Made by a program: the position numbers and the translations under genes. A stretch of DNA of 64,000 nt, taken from the NCBI GenBank assembly GCA_964016885.1, contig OZ024741.1, forward strand, positions 8,928,001 through 8,992,000. Direction: 5' to 3'. Source of the stretch: Eledone cirrhosa. Lineage: Eukaryota. Shown here in pieces: positions 1-13,411 of this stretch. Each line of letters opens with the position of its first letter. Within the stretch, counting starts at the first letter, position 1. Below the pieces are notes generated by a model. It was not told the DNA's origin and made no database searches. It saw only the letters and a list, made by a program, of their open reading frames with translations.

Positions 1-895
1 TGCATTGTTTTAAAAAAATACATAAGAAAGAATAGAATTAAAAAAATAAAACAATTAAGCAAAGCTTTTGGTTAACCAAGGAGGGGGAGAAATGGGATGC
101 ACCAGAAATGAAACATGGATTGCAGGTTAAAATGAAGTCTAGATAGATGAGAAACAAAACGAGGATGTAGTTTATGGAACACCCAAATGATTTAGAAGTC
201 GACCTTAAGTAGGAGTAATAACATTAAGAAAGACATGAACGACACCGCAACACTTTGTTTTGAAAGTAGGTTTATAAGTATGAATTTTCATAAGATTTTC
301 GTGTTTGTCTCTCTGGCCCAGTGGTAGGTACTAGAGCCAATGGGGATTCTGGGCATGAGTGGGCATGAGTTCAATCCTGGTCAAGAAGTACATGTAACCT
401 TTTTCATTTTTTATTTTACAACCCATAGAAAAAAAACTGAATAAGTTTACTCGGAACCCTTCTCCCGACCAGGATCGAACTTCAGCCAAGGATGACCATC
501 GACTACGATTCCTCCAACTAGGTCACTGAGACAGCTACAGTAGTGTAATGAAAATTGATAATTATAAACCTACTTTCAAAATCACAGTTAAAAAGATGTG
601 GTGTCGTTCATGGCTTTCCTTGTGCTATTAGTTATATTTAGGGTCGACTTCTGGTCATTATTGAAAGTCTCTTGATTTCGCAAAATACATAATATTTCTT
701 ATTGGAGAGGTAAGATATTTTCCACAAAAATTTGATGTCACTGTTTTTTTTCCACTTATGTATCTTTCGAAAATTTTATTTATTCATCATACATAAAAAT
801 TAAATAATAGCATTCTATATGTAATAGCATTCTATAGGTAGGTGGGCCCCCGTCATCTCCTGGCAACCTATATTTTTTTACCCAGTCCGCCACTG
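1..895 (-). mobile_element. hAT-like MITE (non-autonomous DNA transposon), copy 1, running off the window start
   Basis: Terminus reads CAGTGGCGGACTGGG on the minus strand at 881-895. The body (about 45-895) is the reverse complement of about 37539-38337. Subterminal GGGCCC motif. A second back-to-back terminus CAGTGGCGAACTGGG lies at 910-924. The hAT assignment rests only on the terminal motif. Confidence 0.7.
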
Positions 896-955
896 TGTGT
901 ATATATAAACAGTGGCGAACTGGGTCTAACCCAGAAAAAAGAGAGAAATAAATAA

Positions 956-1335
<380 letters not shown>

Positions 1336-1584
1336 GGTGATGAATTTGTTTTGCAAGAATTTTGATATGAAATCGTGTGTCGAAACAAATATTGTTATAC
1401 TTGGGGAGGGTCATATTGTTGTACTAATATTGCCAGAAATAATAACAGAACACCCTCACTGTTTGGTTGGTTTTCACTTCTGTATATTTTATATCTCCAC
1501 AGTTAATTCATTTGGTCATTAATGTTTATCACTGACTGACCAACGGTCACAAATACAGATATAAATACATATATATAGTCTAAC

Positions 1585-2282
1585 AAAGTTCTTTCGTTGC
1601 ACACCGGCAACATCATCAGTGGTACTATTATCATGTTTCCCCTGCTCTATTGTATGTATTGCAGTGTCTACGCCATTTTTATTTTATCTATTTATTTATT
1701 TATTTATTTTTGTCTTCGTCTCTGCGCATGCGTTTGCGTGTGTGTATAGTGTTTGGTGTGTGTGTTTGCGTTTGGGTGATTGTGTTTTGGTTATTGTATT
1801 TCTATCTTAGTTTACTAGTGTGTGTTTATATGTGTTTGTTGTTATAGTGCTTGTGTATATACATATTTATTTATTTATTTATATTTCTCTTAAGTCATTA
1901 TTGTTTGTTTGGCAAAATCAGAGAGGCCAGTGAAATAGAACTTAGAAAGCCAAAGCTAAAAAGAAAAAAGAATGGAATAACAACAACACCCAAACAAACA
2001 ATACTGACTTAAGAGAAATATAAATAAATAAATATATACACAAGCACAATAACAACAAACACATATAAACACACACTAGTAAACTAAGATAGAATACAAT
2101 GACCAAAACACAGTCACCCAAACGCGAACACACACATACACAAACGCATGCGCAGAGACGAAGACAAAAATAAATAAATAAATAAATAGATAACATAAAA
2201 ATGGCGTAGACATACAATACAGCAGGGAAAACATGATAATAGTACCACTAATGATGTTACAGATGTGCAACGAAAGAACTTT
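1585..2282. mobile_element. Fold-back PLE remnant (inverted pLTR-like arms) with hammerhead motifs at the outer ends
   Basis: About 1585-1910 is the reverse complement of about 1985-2282. Minus-strand CUGAUGA-u-GUUGC..GCAAC-GAAAG at about 1590-1619; degenerate plus-strand copy at 2243-2282. Related sequence at 29525-29720. Confidence 0.7.
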
Positions 2283-2644
2283 TTAAAACAACTCATATTG
2301 TACAACCTATGAACTTCTGACTTTATCACTTAGCTGTATTCATTCTCTTATACCATTTTAAAGGGTCCGTCGAGCTGCCGATTATTGAGTCGGGTAAGAT
2401 CGATACAGATCGAACCTTGAGCTGATCAGTGGCGAAACGCGCGTCACCTACCAATAAATGTAATGAAGGAGTAACCAATCGTCCTTGTTATCCTTTCAGT
2501 ATATTACACTCTGTATAACTCTACACCTCAACACAGAAGTGAACCTAAACATCGAGTGCTCACCCGGGTGAACCTGCAGTAACTCCAAGTTACACTCCCT
2601 AGATATATATATATATTTAATATAGAAAAGCTTCTACAGGACTA

Positions 2645-2677
2645 GAACTGTTTCATTCGGGAGAAATCATCAGAAAG
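2645..2677 (-). ncRNA. Minimal hammerhead ribozyme motif (degenerate)
   Basis: Minus strand reads ctgatga-tttc-tccc-gaat-gaaac-agttc. Confidence 0.5.
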
Positions 2678-2886
2678 TTGACTGTCCAAGTAATATGGTG
2701 GTATTTATATCTTTTCTGGTGTTAGTAGAGGGTGGTGATTGGGATGGGTGAAGGTCATTGGTTGATGGTTTTAAAGAAAAGGGAATTCTTTAAAAACTAT
2801 ATTTAGAATAACAAAGGCAGAAAGAATTCTATAGGCAGGTTCACTCTGGGGGTGCCACTCCAGTGTCTATATATATATATATATAT

Positions 2887-3608
2887 AGGAACGAGTAGGA
2901 CCCCGACGGCTAATTCTGGACTAAATGAACATTTTTATCCTGGTATATGAATAGCCGAGCTTCTCAGGGGGTAATTCCATATATGGTAAAAGGGATTGTC
3001 ACAAGGATTGGTCAAAAGTTTGTTGTTGAGACACATAATTCTATCATGGCAATTTGTGGAAGGAAGGGGTAGCTGAACCTGCCAGTAGAAGAAAGAGGGA
3101 GAGGGAGAGGAGGAAACCCAGTCGTGCGTTGATACTGCCAACTACAGCAGGATCCTAAGGGCAGGAGGTCAAGCAAGTATACTAGGGAGGGGGAGGGGGA
3201 GGAAGTCGAAACAATAAGTAAATCAATATGGAGTAAATATATAGAAGAATACGAAGTATGTTAAAAATATAAAAAACAATTTCTGGTTACTATTCCCTAA
3301 CCACAATCATCAAGTCTCTCACTGGTACTGCTAAACTATAGAAAAGTTTACTAGGTGTGTTGGAATTGTAGTGAGAGAATTTTATGACTTAGTAATAATC
3401 AACCAAGTATATCTTACAGTGACAGGTCAACAAGTCGGGGGCCAAAATACTAAAGAAACTACCACGAAATAATAATTCAGAGTCCCGAAAATGAATACTA
3501 ATACTATATATAAGGGTGCCGCTACGATACAAAAATTCTAGTACAAACTACATAAATGCTCGTACGATATATATGAAAAATTTGATACGGAAAATTAATT
3601 CCGACCCC

Positions 3609-3640
<32 letters not shown>

Positions 3641-4606
3641 ACTGATATACGAGAAACTAAAGCAGAGAACCCACTAAGAAATGTAGAAAGCACGGAAATG
3701 GGGCAGCCATCGGATAAGAAAGCAAGTATCTGGGGTCTATCACATCTGCTATAAAAAGCGGAGTCGACCAATTCTATCATAGAATAGGGGATGAGGTGGG
3801 TACTGAGGCTACAAAGGACCGAGGGGCTGCCTCGGGGTGGGCTAGAAAGTGAAAAGGACGACGACAAAGAAGGAGAACTGGGGTGGAAGGACTAGGAAGG
3901 GATGGGGGGAAGAAGGAAATATAGAGGAAACGATAAAGAGATATAAAAGAAAATCTTACGTCTACCTTTGCAAGCAGGGGTTACCCATTACAAAGTCGGC
4001 AAGTGGGGTGTTACAGCCCTTGTCTACCCCCCGGGTCATTATGGGGTTTGAGGGAGAGGTAAGTCCTACGCAATCTGTGTTTGCATGCATTTACCAGTTC
4101 GTCTTTCTTGTTTAGGAGTTAGTCTGTCGAAAACAGCATTTGTAAAGTTTCCTCCGAGCATAAATTGCACGGACGGCGTCCTCCCGTGTAAGAGTTGGCT
4201 CTGGACTAGTATACTTGCTTGACCTCCTGCCCTTACGATCCTGCTGTAGTTGGCACTATCAACGCACGACTGGGTTTCCTCCACTCCCTCTCCATCTTTC
4301 TTCTACTGGCAGGTTCAGCTACCCCTTCCTTCCACAAATTGCCATGATAGAATTATGTGTCTCAAACAAAAAACTTTTGACCAATCCTTGTGACAATTAC
4401 TTTTACCATATATGGAATTACCCCCTGAGAAGCTCGGCTATTCATATACCAGGATAAAAATGTTCATTTAGTCCAGAATTAGCCGTCGAAACAGCTTGAG
4501 CTCAGCCGTCGGGGTCCTACTCGTTCCTATTACCCACTCTACTACCCTAAGTATTGAGTACTTTGGTGCGTTATGGTCCATCTGGTTCCTTACCACATTT
4601 CCTTCG

Positions 4607-4608
<2 letters not shown>
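2887..4608 (-). mobile_element. 5'-truncated Penelope-like element (family A) with 3' pLTR and inverted 5' pLTR
   Basis: The minus frame at about 4070-4205 reads SRANSYTGGRRPCNLCSEETLQMLFSTD*LLNKKDELVNACKHR, matching the PLE GIY-YIG C-terminus (CxLC..E..LLNK..EL..C.H). 2887-3185 is the inverted repeat of 4205-4530. (TA)n on both flanks. Confidence 0.8.
4420..4515 (+). ncRNA. Hammerhead ribozyme variant (C3/A8 core, extended stem II) in the family A pLTR
   Basis: acccc | ctgagaa | g..cggcta(~40 nt)tagccg.c | gaaac-agc..gcc-gtc | ggggt, giving stems I, II and III and a GUC cleavage triplet. Confidence 0.6.
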
Positions 4609-4647
<39 letters not shown>

Positions 4648-4651
<4 letters not shown>

Positions 4652-4841
4652 AAAAGATTCAGAACCCCGACCGCAGAGCTCAAGCCGTTTCGAATATTTC
4701 TGAGTCCAGAAATAGCCGCTGAAACGGCTTGAGCTCTGCCGTCAGGGTCCTGAATCATTTCCTATTACCCACTTTACTACCCAAAGTATCGAGTACTCTG
4801 GTGCGTTATGGTCCACCTGGTTCCTTACCACACTTCCTTCG

Positions 4842-4843
<2 letters not shown>
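4648..4843. mobile_element. Short palindromic family A pLTR derivative in (TA)n
   Basis: Inverted repeat at 4648-4765 followed by the family A terminal tail (..ttacccact..ccttcgt); (TA)n on both sides. Confidence 0.75.
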
Positions 4844-4880
<37 letters not shown>

Positions 4881-5274
4881 ATGTTTTTCAATTTTCCCTC
4901 ATAAGGTATTGGTGAAAGTAATAGTAAAAGACAGATAAAGGAATCTGAAACCACTTGGTTGTGAATCTCCCTTCTTAATCACACAGCCATGTCGACACCT
5001 GCATTAAACGATATATATCTGATACAGTCATTTTGTAATTTAATCTGTTTAGCTATGGAATTAGTGGTCTCCACAGAAACTGTTTACTGTTAGTGTGAAG
5101 GTTTAGTGTTCGGATTAGTGTCTAAAAACCGTGTTAAAAAGAGAAAAGGCAAATGAAAAAAAAAAAAAAGAAAAGAAGCGGAATTGTGAATTCTTTTCTT
5201 TCTTCCCGGGAATTGTCGAGTAAGTATCATATATATATATATATATATACACACACATATGTATATATACATAC

Positions 5275-5305
<31 letters not shown>

Positions 5306-6561
5306 TATATATATATATATATACGAGTATATATATATACGAGTATATATATATATATATATACGAATATATATATATATATAAGCTTATACTGACAGAA
5401 TAACCATGTTGCTTGTGTTTCTTTCCATCTTCGGTTAGCTTTCCCCTGTGTTGTTTACTTGCCTCACTCGCTTTACGCGTTTCAATTGTCCCAATAACTT
5501 ATTTTAGTTATTGTCGCACCAACGTGAGGTATATGATTTTTAATGCGATGAAATACCAATGATCGTTGGCAAATCACTGAGGAGGGACTCATTTTATAAC
5601 ATGTAATCAATGTGCAACCATGCAGTATTCTTCTCCCCATATTTTTCATATATATATATATATGTATAAATAGCTTGGAATCAGAAATTGTTTGCTTAAT
5701 CTGTACTAATTATAAATATTTGCTCTACGGGTTTATATATATATATATATATATATAACGGCGATGAATTAGTTTTGCGAGGTTTTATATATATATATAC
5801 ACAGTGGCCAATGGTAACCTGGAAAGCAGGGCATGCAGTCCAATCGCCATGGCGGAAAGTGGGGCTGTGCAGCCTACCCCCCCCCCCTCGACCATTCCCT
5901 CTAAATGACCCTCCCGGTCAAAGCCGCATGTAGTGTTAGCTAGTGTGTGTATGTGTTATCTTTTTATGTGTCTACGATTTAGCAAGCAGCCAAAATTCTG
6001 CTTGCTTCAACCGACGCAATTGATCAACTCAAGATTCTATAACGCATGCAAGCACCCTTCGCCCCTGATATATATATATGTCTTATGGTAGCTAAGATGC
6101 CTCCATAGGCGATCTGCTGGTTGAGCAGGTGTAGGTACATAAGCGAACGCATGCACGCAGGCTCTATCTGCCTGTGTCTGCATGTGTGTGTGTGTGCGCG
6201 TGTGCGGGAGTGTGTGTAGGTACACATTGCAGTAATTTTGAGGATGGGACGAAGATGAGTGACAGCTCACCGCTAGAGGGTCAGTGCGCAGATTTCAGTG
6301 GTCAGAACTATGATGACGTCACAAACCTGTGACCAACCCAAAGGACGCGCAAACAGGATGAAGGCGGATGATATAGACTCGGAAGATCTGAACCCTTTAG
6401 AAAGAGAACCTGCTTTGAAACCAACAGACGTATCTGAGGAACTTGTGAGTCCAGAGTCAGGTTCGATCCACCAACAGATCGCACCTCGAGCTGTTCACCG
6501 GAGAAACAATTGTAATACGTTAATAAATTGTGTTCCGAGGCATCACTGATTCTTCGTTTTC

Positions 6562-6603
<42 letters not shown>

Positions 6604-6605
<2 letters not shown>

Positions 6606-6805
6606 CAAAGGAAATGTGCTAAGGAACCAGATGGACCAAACGCACCAGAGTACTCAATACTTAGGGTAGTAGAGTGGGAAATAGGAAAAAGTATGACCCC
6701 GACGGCAGAGCTCAAGCCGTTTCGACGGCTTTTTCTGGACTAGAAATAGAGTCCAAAAATAGCCGTCGAAACGGCTTGAGCTCTGCCGTCGGGGTCATAC
6801 TTTTT

Positions 6806-6810
<5 letters not shown>
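6604..6810. mobile_element. Short palindromic family A pLTR derivative in (TA)n
   Basis: Terminal tail plus fold-back at 6680-6810 centred on tctggact...agtcca. Confidence 0.75.
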
Positions 6811-6851
<41 letters not shown>

Positions 6852-6974
6852 GATATATATATATAGATATAGATATTTAATCATATCGAGCCCTTATCGA
6901 ATTTTGGTCTTTGTATTTATTATTTCATACATGCGTATATATATATATATATATATATATATGAATAAAGTTAG

Positions 6975-7380
6975 TCCTTCATCAGTGATCTTCCAACCAT
7001 CATTGGTATTTCATCGCTTTAAAGACCATTTACCTCTGGTTGGTGCGAGCAACGGCTAAAAAAAGTCATTGGGACACGTAAATAAAGCGGACACAAACAA
7101 AAATGGTGAAGCAACGAAAAGTGAGGAAGAAGGAGTCAAGTCCCAAATTTCTATGAATTTAAATTCGGTGAAATCGTGAACGAGAGAGAATAAAGACCAT
7201 CAAACCTGGTTGAAATGTGAGCAAGGAAGGAATTCCGTACAGGTCTAACGGGAGGAAGAAGGGATCTAGTCTGTGATTTCGGTGAACGTAAGTTCTGTGA
7301 AATCGTAGACGAGAGAGAGAAAAAAAGCGACCTGCCAGACCAAGGGTGCGAAAGAAAAGAATTACGCACAGGTCAAACGG
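6975..7380 (-). repeat. Dispersed repeat (family C, probable PLE pLTR fragment)
   Basis: Reverse complement of about 57240-57660; ends at gatcactgatga (the CUGAUGA half of a hammerhead). Related pieces at 38410-38720 and 55720-55790. Confidence 0.65.
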
Positions 7381-7565
7381 GAAGAAGGAGGAGGAGGAGG
7401 GGTAGTAACAGAGAATGAGTGAGTGAAGGGTGAGGAAGAGGCTAACAGAGAGAGTGACTGCTAGAGAGGGTAAAGATACAGAGAAAGAGGAAGCAGTAAG
7501 AACGAAATAGACGGGTCACAGCGGGGGAAAAAATATGTGTAAATATGAGAATAAACGTGGTGCGG

Positions 7566-7602
<37 letters not shown>

Positions 7603-7648
7603 CCTTATCGAGCCCTCTTTGGATTTTAGTCTTCAATTTTATTATTAT

Positions 7649-7683
<35 letters not shown>

Positions 7684-7698
7684 CACACACACACACGC

Positions 7699-7780
<82 letters not shown>

Positions 7781-7880
7781 CAATCGGCATATTCATATAA
7801 ATACAAGTATATTTCTGAGTTGGTATGTTTTTCATTATTTAGCCAAATATATTTGGATATGGATGTGTACTTGTAAATGA

Positions 7881-8552
7881 TTGTATATGTCTGCGTGTGG
7901 CTATGTTTCGAGGTATGTGTGTATGTATGAGTGTATGTATGTATGTATGTATGTATGTGTGTATGTATGTGTGTATGTATGTGTGTGTGTGTGTATGTAT
8001 ATATGTATGTATGTACATATGTATGTATGGATGTATGTTTGTATGTATGTGTGCGTATGTATGTATGTATGTATGTATGTATGTATGTATGTATGTATGT
8101 ATGTATGTACATATATATATGTATGTATGTATGTATGCATGTATGCATGTATGTATTTATTTATGTATATATGTATATATGTATATATGTATATATATAT
8201 GAATGTATTTATGTATGTATTTATATATGTATATATGTATGTATATAAATGTATGTTTGTATATATGTATATATGAATGCATATGTATGTAATATGCATG
8301 TTTATGTTACCGTGTATGCATATGTATGTATGTATCTATGTATGTATATGTCTGTATGTATATATGTATATACATTTGTATGTATATATGTATGTACATA
8401 TGTATGTATTTATGTATGTATGTGTGTGTGTATGTATGTAAATATGTATGTATGTATGTATATATGTTTGTATATATCTATTTATGTATGTATATGCCTG
8501 TATGTATATGTATGTATATATATGTGTGTATATATATATGTGTGTATATGTA
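7881..8552. repeat. Degenerate (TATG)n/(TG)n microsatellite
   Basis: Direct inspection. Confidence 0.9.
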
Positions 8553-8699
8553 AGTAATTATCTGAACTCTAACAGTTTCTCTTTACTGGGCTGGAATATA
8601 ATTAAAATATGTTTATTAGATTATAAACATCTGGAGGTATTATGTAACAACATAAATATTCCTAGATAAATATATTACAGTTAATTTACTGTGAATAAT

Positions 8700-8732
8700 A
8701 TAACGTTTCGGACACTTGTTCTTTCTCAGAGG
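8700..8732 (-). ncRNA. Hammerhead-like motif with A8 core
   Basis: Minus strand reads ctgagaa-agaac-aagt-gtcc-gaaac-gtta. Confidence 0.4.
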
Positions 8733-8901
8733 AAGTGAGGCTGGTAGCATGTTTAGAGGAAGGCGCGCTCCAACTTACATTTTCACCTCTTTTGCCGGGG
8801 GAAGTTTTATATTATAAACTATATATAGCACACTGTGTATATGTGATAATATATATAGTAGAAGTATATATAGGAAATAAAAACCAGTGTGTATATATAA
8901 T

Positions 8902-9075
8902 AATTGTTTCTATTTTTAGGCACAAGGCCAGCAATTACCCAGTACATTACTGGTACTTTATTTTATCGACCCCGTAAGGATGAAAGACAAAGTTAACCTC
9001 GGCGGGATTTGAACTCAGATCATAAAGGGACGTAACTCTATGCTTCAAAGCATGGTGTCCGACTCTCTTCCGATA
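8902..9075 (-). mobile_element. tRNA-derived SINE
   Basis: Matches the SINE at 56167-56358 (B box GAGTTCAAATCC, gtcgataaaataaagtaccagt, gtgcctaaaaatagaaacaattat). Confidence 0.85.
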
Positions 9076-9113
9076 CGAATTGATTTCAAAGTAGCTGTAA
9101 GATATAGCATGTG

Positions 9114-9180
<67 letters not shown>

Positions 9181-9258
9181 GGAGAGAAAGAGGGAGAGGT
9201 GGAGAGGTGGAGAGAGAGAGAGAGAACTGGAGAGAGAGGGAGAGAGAGGTGGAGAGAG

Positions 9259-9312
<54 letters not shown>

Positions 9313-9648
9313 GGGTGGAGAGAAAGAGAAATGTTTAAATAGAGAGAGAGGAAATGAAAGATGTAGATATATGGATAAACAGAAATAGACACACACAGAC
9401 ACACGTACACACACACATACACACATATATATATGTGGATGAGATATTACTAGTTAAGACTAGACACGCACACAGACACACAGACAGACACACAGACAGA
9501 CACACACGCACACACAGACACACACACACATTTGAAGCCATCAATAATGTATGCAATTCCCTGTATATAAAAGTTTGCATCATACTACAGCTGTGAGCAG
9601 GGTTGTTCCGCAGACATTGATGCTACACTTAGGTTTTTGTGTTTACTT

Positions 9649-9691
<43 letters not shown>

Positions 9692-9771
9692 CACTCACAC
9701 ACACACACACACACATACACACGCACACACACATACACGCACACACAGACATACACACACACATATATATA

Positions 9772-9808
<37 letters not shown>

Positions 9809-10369
9809 TTGTTTGTTTGTTTGTTTGTTTGTTTATTTGTGTGTTTGTGTGTGGTGTATCCGGAAAAGATAGCTCACATAAGACCGGGTCCTCAGGTGCT
9901 GGATAGAGGAACAACCTTCTGATATGAAGGTAGCTGTTAATATATTGATTACGTGGTCCTGGAGCAAATCCCAGGTTGTCTTTTGGCAAGACACAATACA
10001 TGGCAGCCCCCCCCCCCCCCGTGTGGGGTTAACATGCATAACAGGTATGGTGCTTGTGTTGAACTGTGAACACCGATAATTAGATATGTCAGTTTCCAGT
10101 GTTTGTTCCCCTAGCAGAGGGATGAATTATCAAGTAAATGGTAGATGAACTCTGCCTCAGTGAGGTACTGCCACTGTCAGAGACCTGCTAACTCATCACA
10201 GTATGTCTGCTAATAGAAACTATGAGAGGTAGAGATCAACTATTAGATTCTCGGCTCAATTACGTCATATGAAGAGGATTCAAATCCTCCTGGACAAACA
10301 TCTTCTGATGTGAGGATCAATTTCGGATTCAAGAAAGTATTATTTCGACCAAAGAGATCAAGAGAAACT

Positions 10370-10856
10370 GTGTATGTGTGTGTATGTGTGCATGTGTGTA
10401 GTGTTTGTGTGCGTGCGTATGTGTATATATGCATGTGTGTGTTTATGTTTGTGTCTGTGTGTGCGTGCGTGTGTGTCTGTGCGTGCATGCGTGCGCGTGT
10501 TTGTGAGTGTACGCGTGTGTGTGCTTACGTTTGTGTGTGTGCGTATGTTTGTTTGTGTGTGTATGTTTCTTTGTGTGTGTGTGTATGTGTTTGTGTGTGT
10601 GTACGTGTTTGTGTGTGTGTATGTTTATTTGTTTGTGCATGTTTGTGTGTGTGTGTATGTCTGTGTGTGTTTGTGTGTGTGTCTGTGCGTGTATCTGTGC
10701 GTGTGTCTGTGTGTGTGTATGCTTGTGTGTGTATATGTATGTTTGTGTGTGTGTCTGTCTGTGTGTGTGTCTCTGTGTGTGTATGTTTGTATGTGTGTGT
10801 ATATGTGTGTGTGTGTCTGTCTGTGTGTGTGTGTGTGTGTTGTTTGTGTGCGCTTA
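10370..10856. repeat. Degenerate (TG)n microsatellite
   Basis: Direct inspection. Confidence 0.9.
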
Positions 10857-11179
10857 CATTTGTGTCAGTTCTGCTTTTGTCCGTCAGTTTAGCGATTCGA
10901 CAAAAGTGAGTTCATACATTAAGTACGTGACTTGAAACAATAACTACTGGGTTAGATAGGATCGACTAAATCAAGGCAGTGCCCCAGCCTGGCCATAGTC
11001 CAGGCCAGCCATCAGGAGTTTGTGCTTATGTGGTATCATAACTCTGATTTGGCTCAGAATGCTGGGAAATGACCAGACCAAACTGTCAAGAAAAGAATCT
11101 TTAGAATGTTTTGACGTGAAAATATCTCCGATGGGGTATTGTTTGGTAGATATCAACAGGAGAATTTGTCAGCCATTGT

Positions 11180-11432
11180 CAGAATAAGATGGAAGTTGAT
11201 AGGTTATGTTCTGAGAAGAGAGCAAGGTAGTATCCTAGGAACTGCTCTCCACTGGACACCAGAAGACAGGTGAAAACGAGGAAGGCCTAAAAACACCCGA
11301 TATAGAAGAATTAAGGGAAAGATGAAGACTTGGCAACACACATGTGGTACTATATAGAAGCTGACCCAAGATAGACAGAAGTAGCAGACCTTTGTTGCTG
11401 CCCTACATGACAGGGGCTGTAACGGACAGTAG
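11180..11432 (+). mobile_element. RTE-clade LINE 3' fragment
   Basis: Degenerate translation RWKLIGYVLRR..ALHWTPEDR*KRGRPKNT..QDRQK*QTFVAALH resembles the RTE C-terminus. Confidence 0.65.
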
Positions 11433-11702
11433 ATCAAGGATCCTATTTCAGGGGGTGTTTCTTTTTATTATAAACTCTATTTTCTAAATTAGGAGGGCGG
11501 GTGTAGGCAAATGCTACCCAGTACTCTTCTCTCCATGGCAACGAGCCCGCCGCTGTCAAGTGAACGAGATTAATAAAAAGTAAAACTATAATACAAAGAG
11601 CACTGTCCCGCCATGATCAGACTCGTGGATGTGTAGGGAAATATTAGACAAATAAATTCAGTTTTACTGTAACAAACAACACTCACAATGTCTCTTCCTC
11701 AC

Positions 11703-11790
11703 CTGTGTCCTGTCACTACATCTGTCAACAGATATCGAGACGGCCATCTTGTAAAGTTTTGATTGATGATGTAAGGAGGCGTCTCTGTAC
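11703..11790 (-). other. Candidate host micro-exon (88 nt)
   Basis: tatag|GTACAG...ACACAG|gtgagg; open frame YRDASLHHQSKLYKMAVSISVDRCSDRTQ; no polypyrimidine tract. Confidence 0.2.
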
Positions 11791-11986
11791 CTATATGTGT
11801 GTCTCTCTGTGTGTGTGTGGGTATGTTTGCGTGCATTTGTGTATGTGCGTGTGTACAAGTGTGTTTGTGTGTGTGTGTGTGTGTGTGCGCGTGTGTGCGT
11901 GTATGTATGTATATAATATGTATGTGCGTTTGTATGTACTATATATATTTTTATGTGGGTGCGTATATATATATATATATATATGC

Positions 11987-12031
<45 letters not shown>

Positions 12032-12139
12032 TGTATAGAAACACGCACACGTGTGTATGTGTGCGCGCAAGTGTGTGTATATGTATGTATGAATGAATGA
12101 ATGTATTTATATACATATGTGTGTCTATGTCTATGTGTA

Positions 12140-12178
<39 letters not shown>

Positions 12179-12739
12179 TGTGTGTAGACACACATATATA
12201 TATATACCCTCACACACACATATATACACACGTGTGTGTGTATATATGTGTGTATGTCACGAATAGTACAACGCTATCAAAAGTAAGAAACTCAAGCCTG
12301 TTCGCCTGACTAACTTTTCATAATTACGAATCCAAACAACAAAAGAATCGAACGAATGTAAACTATTTTAGCGCAACGTTCAGAGAAAACATTGACAAAT
12401 AATTATAAAAACTCTACATGTCCTCCTGGGCCCCATTTTAACGTCTTTCTTTTGTAGTCCTTCTTTTCTTTTATTTTATTTATTTTTTACCTTTATTTTG
12501 TAAAAATACAAAAAAGGCCGGTAAATATTTTCCTGTTTCTTTCCCTCATTTCTATGTTTTCATTATTCCTCTTATATTCATCATTCACCAACATTGACAG
12601 ATAGACATTGCTTTTACTGTATTCCAGTTTTTCATGAGCGCTTTTTTGTGCAGTTTTTGTCAAATGGTAAGACGATATTTTAAAGAAATATTTCACCAGT
12701 ATATGAATATTCTCTCCAAACAATACCTAGGTTTCTAGT

Positions 12740-12900
12740 CACTAGGCCAGAGATAGGGGTGGGGGATGGAAAGTCGATTAAATCTAACCCAGTACTTGAT
12801 TGGCACTTTATTTTATCGACCTCGGAAGGATGGAAGGCAAAGTTGACCTTGGTGGGATTTGAACTCAGAAGGCAGATAGCCCTAACTAAATACTATGAAA
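12740..12900 (-). mobile_element. Degenerate tRNA-derived SINE
   Basis: ttttatcgacctcggaaggatggaaggcaaagttgaccttggtgggatttgaactcaga. Confidence 0.75.
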
Positions 12901-13411
12901 TATCTATCTCTGTCACATAAAAAACAGACGTGCTCGCTATTTAAAACACAGTTTCAGTCTCTCCCCCCCCTCTCTCTCTCTCTCTCTCTCTCACTCTCTC
13001 TCTCTCTCTCTCTATTGTCTAACCTGAAGTAATCATTAGACTGTGTCCATGCTGGCTAACTACCGCCATCTTTAGTAGAGAGCCGAAGCCACAACAGTCA
13101 GACATTGTTCCAAGACATACGTGGCTATTTTATTCAATAACTGAGCTGATCGTAAACAAAGGAAATCGAATTGAACATAATTATGTAGAAATGTAAGGCT
13201 TGTAGAGTTTTTATGAGTTGCTGATGCTCACTTATGTAATCTGTGATAAGTTTTCACCACAACCCGAATGCTAATGGTGTTCTTTTGTGTGTCCCATGGT
13301 AACTGAAACAGGATTTCTTGTAACAGATACACACCAATATGGTAAAATGATAAAGGACGCCATTGAATTATCTAGGCTTTTCAACCAGTCAGTATGTGGG
13401 TCAGTCAGTGG

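Noticed and set aside
311-530. Functional tRNA genes
   Set aside because: Only A/B-box-like motifs are present; I could not fold a full cloverleaf with an anticodon arm, and they lie inside a repeat.
5800-6565. Possible solo LTR or transposon end (CAGTGG start after TA, AATAAA near 6522)
   Set aside because: No second copy, TIR partner or TSD is visible in the window.
13041-13310. Promoter (YY1-like CCGCCATCTT at about 13063, RFX-like CCATGGTAAC at about 13294); similar motifs near 34555-34820
   Set aside because: Short motifs expected by chance, with no supported gene start.
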